Part shown: positions 8,744 through 13,429 of the stretch, in pieces
Layout of the letters: every line of letters begins with the position of its first letter
Numbering within the stretch: position 1 is the first letter of the stretch
Source of the DNA: Candidatus Krumholzibacteriia bacterium
Lineage (GTDB): Bacteria; Krumholzibacteriota; Krumholzibacteriia; WVZY01
Assembly (NCBI GenBank): GCA_036478295.1
Contig: JAZGDW010000141.1
Coordinates: 1-15,823 of the forward strand
Length of the DNA stretch: 15,823 bases
Reading direction: 5' to 3'
Notes under the pieces: generated by a model
Told to the model about the DNA's origin: nothing
What the model saw: only the letters and a program-made list of their open reading frames with translations
Database searches by the model: none
Program-made: the position numbers and the translations under genes

Positions 8744-9451
8744 ATGTTTAAAGGTAAACTGGCTGTTCTCTGTTTGCTTGCGGCATCACTGCTCATGATA
8801 CAAGGGATAGCCTTCGCGGGGATCATCAACCCGTGCGTTTCCAACTGCACACTGAGTGCCGCGGTAAACGGCGGCGCCCCGGGCGTCAACGGCAATTTCG
8901 CATTGTTCGTTTGTCCGCAGGGCGACACCGACACGTTCGACGATCAGATTGGGGGCCTCGGCTCCGGGGTCGGCTTCATCGTTTCTATCACGATGCTGGA
9001 AACAGACTCGACCCCGATTCCGAATATTCCGGGTCCCGATTTCTGGCTCGTTGACTGTGATCCGATCAACGACGCTATCCTCTGTGGAGGTTCCGCGTCG
9101 TCCGGTGCCGATTCTCTGACGAACGCCGCAGGCACGACAACCATGGGTGGCCTTGGTGGCTTCCAGGGTGGTGGCTGTACTGACGGCATCTCCGTCGTTG
9201 TGCAGGGTAACGCACTTCTGGATCCGGTCGTCAGCTGCGCAGCTGCGAAATGCCTCGGAGTCAGTATTCGCAGCCCCGACATGAACGGTGACAACGTGGT
9301 TGCCCTGGCAGATCTCGCGATTTTTGCCACGTCTTTCCCGCCGCAGCCGTACGATACGTGGGCCGATTTTGACCTTTCCGGCATCGTCAACCTGTCGGAT
9401 CTGGCCCGGTTCGCGTTTCACTTCGGTCCTCCGGGACACGCGTGTAACTAA
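8744..9451 (+). CDS. Secreted Cys-rich protein with C-terminal dockerin-like double EF-hand repeat
   Basis: SD GGAGG; Sec signal ending AFA|G; repeats DMNGDNVVALADLAIF and DFDLSGIVNLSDLARF (about 9278-9424); 9 Cys in the mature chain; no TWG tail. Confidence 0.8.
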   Translation: MFKGKLAVLCLLAASLLMIQGIAFAGIINPCVSNCTLSAAVNGGAPGVNGNFALFVCPQGDTDTFDDQIGGLGSGVGFIVSITMLETDSTPIPNIPGPDFWLVDCDPINDAILCGGSASSGADSLTNAAGTTTMGGLGGFQGGGCTDGISVVVQGNALLDPVVSCAAAKCLGVSIRSPDMNGDNVVALADLAIFATSFPPQPYDTWADFDLSGIVNLSDLARFAFHFGPPGHACN

Positions 9452-9539
9452 CGAAGCTGCGGAAAAGTTGGACAGGCAATAGCTCCTGAAAATTGGTTTG
9501 CGACAACAGGGCGTAACAGCAAGTAAGAGGAGTTGCCAG

Positions 9540-9626
9540 ATGAGAATTGCTAGAACATTGATCTTCGCGCTTGTCGCGCCGACCCTGATCGGCGCGTCTG
9601 TGGCGAGTGCGCAAACTCCCTACTAG
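9540..9626 (+). pseudogene. Truncated paralog of the type-A secreted gene (signal peptide + QTPY)
   Basis: MRIARTLIFALVAPTLIGASVASAQTPY* aligns with MTNVKVLVFALGVLAIVGASFAGAQTPY of 9833; both genes are preceded by AGGAGTTGC. Confidence 0.7.
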
Positions 9627-9640
9627 TGTCTGAAATCTTG

Positions 9641-9686
9641 AGCTGGATGAGCCCCAACGGGTTCATCCGAAGTGGTTCATCCAGCT
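9641..9686. repeat. Inverted repeat with a duplicated 3' arm
   Basis: AGCTGGATGAGCC 9641-9653 is complementary to GGTTCATCCAGCT 9674-9686; GGTTCATCC also occurs at 9660-9668. Confidence 0.75.
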
Positions 9687-9832
9687 TCCCAGAATCAGCA
9701 CTCCAGGGCGATTCAATGAATCAAAGGTTCTTCGCAATTTCTGACCAACAACTGTTTCAATGGGCGTAACCTCGACTTGAGCGAGATTACAACAATCAGG
9801 ACACGCAGCAAACAAGCAAAGGAGTTGCACCA

Positions 9833-10414
9833 ATGACGAATGTAAAAGTGTTGGTCTTCGCGCTGGGGGTGCTCGCAATAGTCGGAGCATCTTTCGCCGG
9901 TGCGCAGACGCCCTACGTAGCTGTCTTTTCGGACATATCACCCAGTGGGGACGGGCTGAACGAGGCCTTGATTCCGCCGGGTGTGCTGGGCCAGGTGGAT
10001 TCGCTCTTCCTCGTTGCCTACAATTTGAACTGTCTGGTAACAGGTATTGATGTTCGGGTCAATTACCCGGCGGCCATCATCTGGATCGCGGATATTGACA
10101 CACAGCCGGTGACCATTGGCACGACGCCGACGGGCATGTCCATGGGATGGGCCATTCCACAGAACGGGTTCGAGGGCGTAAACATCGCGACTGTCATCTT
10201 CCAGTGGGATATCACCTCCTGTGGAGGGAACAGGAGGGACCTTGAGATAGGAGTTGTTGGCCATCCGTTGTTCGCGACCCCTCTCGAGCCGGCGTACGCC
10301 TGCTTTCAGCAGGTACCCCTGTCCGCTGCGGTGGGTCTGACCGCGCTCATTTGCGCGACGGTGCCGGTTGAAGAGAGTACGTGGGGCAAAGTGAAAGCGC
10401 TGTATACGCGATAG
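9833..10414 (+). CDS. Secreted cohesin-like protein, type A, with C-terminal TWG tail
   Basis: SD AAGGAG; signal AGA|Q; beta-rich body (GIDVRVNYP...IATVIF); tail VPVEESTWGKVKALYTR. The ORF is secure; the fold call is tentative. Confidence 0.8.
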   Translation: MTNVKVLVFALGVLAIVGASFAGAQTPYVAVFSDISPSGDGLNEALIPPGVLGQVDSLFLVAYNLNCLVTGIDVRVNYPAAIIWIADIDTQPVTIGTTPTGMSMGWAIPQNGFEGVNIATVIFQWDITSCGGNRRDLEIGVVGHPLFATPLEPAYACFQQVPLSAAVGLTALICATVPVEESTWGKVKALYTR

Positions 10415-10533
10415 GTTGTATTGAGTTGCTCCATAGTTTCTGGAGCCCGGTACTACGGACTTGGAAGTACCAGTTATTTGGCGCGCGTTGCGTCGGCCAG
10501 GTCTGTTGGAGCGGCGGAGAGCCGGGATTGAAG

Positions 10534-10563
10534 TTGACATGAGCGGCTCTGTTATGGTAACAT
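10534..10563 (+). promoter_or_regulatory. sigma70-like promoter of the type-B gene
   Basis: TTGACA 10534-10539, 18-bp spacer, TG-g-TAACAT (-10 at 10558-10563). Confidence 0.65.
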
Positions 10564-10589
10564 CTACGGGCTCCAGAAAAGTCCAGGTC

Positions 10590-10767
10590 CTTAGTCGGCA
10601 CTCGAAAGGGAGGTAGCTGTCGGTTTCTCAGCGAGAGAGTTTTTTTGACCGCGCGGACACACCAAGCGGTTAAGCTCTTGTCCGATCTCCAACGTGCTAC
10701 CGGCTGAGCGAATGGAAAATGGTAAATGGCAAGCAGGCCTTTCACCCCGTTCACTCAAAAAGGAGTG
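10590..10767 (+). promoter_or_regulatory. Candidate structured cis-regulatory 5' leader (riboswitch-like)
   Basis: P1 10590-10597/10701-10708, GAAA hairpin 10601-10610, anti-SD CACTC 10752-10756, alternative helix 10705-10715/10747-10757. Confidence 0.45.
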
Positions 10768-10771
10768 TTTC

Positions 10772-11347
10772 ATGAAAAAGGTGATACTGTTAACTACGGT
10801 TATGCTTTTCGGCGCGAGCCTCGCGTTCGGCCAGGTGGGATTTCTCGGTACCTACGCCGATCCGGGCGGTCTCGAGTGTAACGTCGACGATGCAGTCGCG
10901 GGATTGCTGAACGTCTTTATAGTCAGCACGCACTCGATCGCCGCGGCTGTCGCTTTTAAGGCGGAGACGCCACTTTGTATGAGCACGACGGGTGCGTCGT
11001 TTCTCGCCGACACGAAGCCGTTCCCGGTGACGGTCGGTAACTCGCAGACCGGCGTTTCTGTGGCATACGGCGCCTGTTTAGGCCCCGATGCGACTAACGT
11101 TCTGATCATCGCCTACTTCGCCAGCGGGACGACCCCGTTGTGCTGTTTCTTCCCGATCACGGGCGATCCGGCCCAGCCCGGGGGCGAGATTATCGTTACC
11201 GATTGTGCTTTCGATGACAACATTGGAGTCGGTGTTATACACACGGTCAACGGCACACCCGAGAACTGTGCTTGCACCCCCCCGAGCCCTCCGGTGCCGG
11301 TTGAGGAGAGCACGTGGGGCAAGGTGAAGTCGCTGTACGTCGAGTAG
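10772..11347 (+). CDS. Secreted Cys-rich protein, type B, with C-terminal TWG tail
   Basis: ATG 10772 after SD AAGGAG (ORF track starts at 10694); signal AFG|Q; 8 Cys; Pro-rich linker then VPVEESTWGKVKSLYVE. Confidence 0.82.
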   Translation: MKKVILLTTVMLFGASLAFGQVGFLGTYADPGGLECNVDDAVAGLLNVFIVSTHSIAAAVAFKAETPLCMSTTGASFLADTKPFPVTVGNSQTGVSVAYGACLGPDATNVLIIAYFASGTTPLCCFFPITGDPAQPGGEIIVTDCAFDDNIGVGVIHTVNGTPENCACTPPSPPVPVEESTWGKVKSLYVE

Positions 11348-11374
11348 AGACTGTTCGGTTATACTTGTTTCGTT

Positions 11375-11415
11375 GAGATGACGCCCGCTGCCACGTAGCG
11401 GGCGTTATCTTTTTT
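11375..11415 (+). terminator. Rho-independent terminator
   Basis: AGATGACGCCCGCT / AGCGGGCGTTATCT stem followed by a T-run. Confidence 0.85.
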
Positions 11416-11716
11416 CTCGAGTCTTGCCGTTTGGCAGCCGATTTTGCACTCTGCGAGAGTGCCGGCCGGGCCAGGCGAACGGACTGCCTCTCCCGCAGCT
11501 CCCCGGTCTCCCGAGTGTGGAAGCCCCTCAGGAAAAAGCTGCCCAAACGGGGGCGCATACGGTCGCACAACGGCCGGTTAGTTCCGGCACGAGATTTGGC
11601 CCTCTCCGGGACGATTCCTGGTGCCGTGCCCGCCCGTTGGGTCCATCTCTTGCATACGATACCCGCAGGACGTCCTGATCCAAAAACCTGGTTAATTTCT
11701 AGAGCGAGGTGATCGT

Positions 11717-12271
11717 ATGCGCATTTTTCGATCGATAGCGGTGGCGGCTCTGCTGCTCGTGGTCTGCACGGGCCTGTCCTTGGCGCAGACACCCACTGTC
11801 CGAATCTATTTTGACACGGGGCTCACGGCACAGAGCGAGAATTGCCCGCCCGGCGGTGGGCTTGATTCGATGTTCGTCGTGGCCCAGGCGTTCGGCTCCC
11901 TCATCATGGGCCTGGAGCTGGCCATCAACTTTCCCGGGACCATGACATGGCTCGCGGACGTAGGCACACCCCCGGTGACCTTCGGCGACTCGCCGACGGG
12001 CATTTCCATGGGCTGGCCGGTGCCGGAGAATGCGTTCGGGAGGTTCAGGGCCTACATGGTCCTGTTCACGTGGAACTGCAATGGTTGCGGGGTCACCGAC
12101 GATCCCGCCGTTGTCGTACCGAACCCAAGCACCGGATTTGTCGGCGCTGCGTCATTCCCGACCTACCAGCTCATCAGCGCTGTTGGCATGACATCACTGG
12201 TGTGCGCCACAGTCCCCGTCGAAGAGACAACCTGGGGCCGCGTCAAGGCCCTCTATTCTGCGACGCGATAA
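11717..12271 (+). CDS. Secreted cohesin-like protein, type A', with C-terminal TWG tail
   Basis: SD GAGGTG; signal SLA|Q; paralog of 9833 (WLAD...PVTFG...PTGISMGW); tail VPVEETTWGRVKALYSATR. Confidence 0.82.
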   Translation: MRIFRSIAVAALLLVVCTGLSLAQTPTVRIYFDTGLTAQSENCPPGGGLDSMFVVAQAFGSLIMGLELAINFPGTMTWLADVGTPPVTFGDSPTGISMGWPVPENAFGRFRAYMVLFTWNCNGCGVTDDPAVVVPNPSTGFVGAASFPTYQLISAVGMTSLVCATVPVEETTWGRVKALYSATR

Positions 12272-12304
12272 GCGACGTTTTCCGCATACGTCTCCGACGA
12301 TAAC

Positions 12305-12344
12305 CCACCCACGAGAGGCCGCCTCCCGTGGGTGGCTGCTTTTT
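12305..12344 (+). terminator. Probable Rho-independent terminator
   Basis: CCACCCACG-A-GAGG-ccg-CCTC-C-CGTGGGTGG followed by CTGCTTTTT. Confidence 0.7.
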
Positions 12345-12407
12345 AGCCGGTTGCCGGGCATAAACGTCCGATCGCACGGGCGGGCCTTTTCCAAACCACA
12401 AAAAAGC

Positions 12408-12437
12408 TTGACATCCACGACGGCTCCGTTGAACACT
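12408..12437 (+). promoter_or_regulatory. Possible sigma70-like promoter of the type-B' gene
   Basis: A-tract then TTGACA 12408-12413; only a weak -10 (AACACT 12432-12437, 18-bp spacer). Confidence 0.4.
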
Positions 12438-12597
12438 TACTCCGCGGTCGTCCTGTGCCGCTTGGTTCACGTTGGTTTGCGTGGCCGCCGCTCGAGACGG
12501 CTTGCCGTTTGGGCGATGGCAAGGGGTGCACGGGGCTGCCTGTGCCGCCGGATGTAAGGGCTCGTTGCGTATTTCCTCGTCTTCGAAGGAGACGTCT

Positions 12598-13152
12598 ATG
12601 AAAAAGGCTTTGTTATTGACGATCGTGTTCACGCTGTGGGCGACCATGGCTTTTGCCCAGGCGGGGCTTATTTCGATATTCGCGGACGTCGGGGGCAACG
12701 ACTGCAACCTGGTGGACGTAGCAGGCGTAAACAACTGGAACTTCGTGCACATGGCCACGGTGGGCGCGACCGCGATCTGGTTCAAGGCGGAGTTTCCCGC
12801 TTGTTATGCGGGCAGTTTTATAGCGGACCAGGTCCCGTTCGCTGTCTCGAATGGCAACTCGCAAATTGGCCTTGCCGTTGGGTATGGCCAATGCTTGGTG
12901 TCGCCGATCCTTGTTGCGACGGTGGTCTCGATTGGTTTGGGTAACACACTCCCCTGCTGCGCGTACCCGATTGTCGGCGACCCTTTCTCTTTGTCGGGGA
13001 CGATCGAAGTGACGGATTGCGCCTTCAAGGACATTCCCAATGTTCCCAGCCAGAACGGGATGATAAACAGCGACGCGACGTGCCTGTGCGCCGTTGCCGT
13101 CCACGAGACGACCTGGGGCCAGATCAAAGCAATCTATCGGTCGGCCGATTAG
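12598..13152 (+). CDS. Secreted Cys-rich protein, type B', with C-terminal TWG tail
   Basis: ATG 12598 after SD AAGGAG (ORF track starts at 12472); signal AFA|Q; all 8 Cys align with 10772; tail VAVHETTWGQIKAIYRSAD. Confidence 0.82.
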   Translation: MKKALLLTIVFTLWATMAFAQAGLISIFADVGGNDCNLVDVAGVNNWNFVHMATVGATAIWFKAEFPACYAGSFIADQVPFAVSNGNSQIGLAVGYGQCLVSPILVATVVSIGLGNTLPCCAYPIVGDPFSLSGTIEVTDCAFKDIPNVPSQNGMINSDATCLCAVAVHETTWGQIKAIYRSAD

Positions 13153-13179
13153 TCACAGCGCGTAGTTAATCCAAGTGTT

Positions 13180-13218
13180 CGGCCCTTGCCCCTGTAGGGG
13201 TAAGGGCCGTTCTTTATT
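13180..13218 (+). terminator. Rho-independent terminator
   Basis: CGGCCCTTGCCCC-tgta-GGGGTAAGGGCCG followed by TTCTTTATT. Confidence 0.85.
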
Positions 13219-13261
13219 GACCATGCGGTACGTGGGTACCGGTAACCCATGAGCCGGGCGA

Positions 13262-13291
13262 TTGACAACGGGCACCGGTCCGCGGTATACT
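13262..13291 (+). promoter_or_regulatory. sigma70-like promoter of the C25 peptidase gene
   Basis: TTGACA 13262-13267, 18-bp spacer, TATACT 13286-13291. A second candidate TTGACG-N17-TAAGTT lies at 13313-13341. Confidence 0.7.
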
Positions 13292-13429
13292 GATACTCGA
13301 TCTCGCTTCGACTTGACGGCGACGATTGGATCTAATAAGTTTTAGCTAGTTTGCCAGCCTGCTTTTAGCCCCCTGCGACATCCAAACACGGTAACCCCTG
13401 TGCTTGAAGCCTTGGGAGGTTGTATCTAC

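Noticed and set aside
9624..9641. TAG readthrough or pyrrolysine recoding of the 28-aa ORF, aided by the downstream hairpin
   Set aside because: The frame closes again with TGA after four codons (CLKS), and alignment to 9833 explains the TAG by indels.
10361..10414. TWG tail as PEP-CTERM, LPXTG or canonical T9SS CTD
   Set aside because: No transmembrane helix with a basic cluster, and far too short for an Ig-like T9SS CTD.
10428..10479. Terminator after 9833 (GCTCCA/TGGAGC and GGTACT/AGTACC hairpins)
   Set aside because: Short stems with large loops and a poor U-tract; too weak to call.
10360..11337. DGR template/variable repeat pair or CRISPR-like repeats
   Set aside because: Both copies are coding tails with mainly synonymous differences not limited to adenines; no reverse transcriptase and no regular repeat-spacer period.
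11432..11654. sigma54-type promoters upstream of 11717
   Set aside because: TGGCAG...TTGCA at 11432 has GG-N11-GC spacing, CGGCACG-agat-TTGG at 11585 lacks the -12 C, and GG-N10-GC near 11640 lacks the TGGCAC context. None is convincing.
8444..13218. tRNA-Val-anchored genomic island or prophage
   Set aside because: No integrase, transposase or phage gene, and I saw no duplicate of the tRNA 3' end in the window. An att site beyond the window cannot be excluded.
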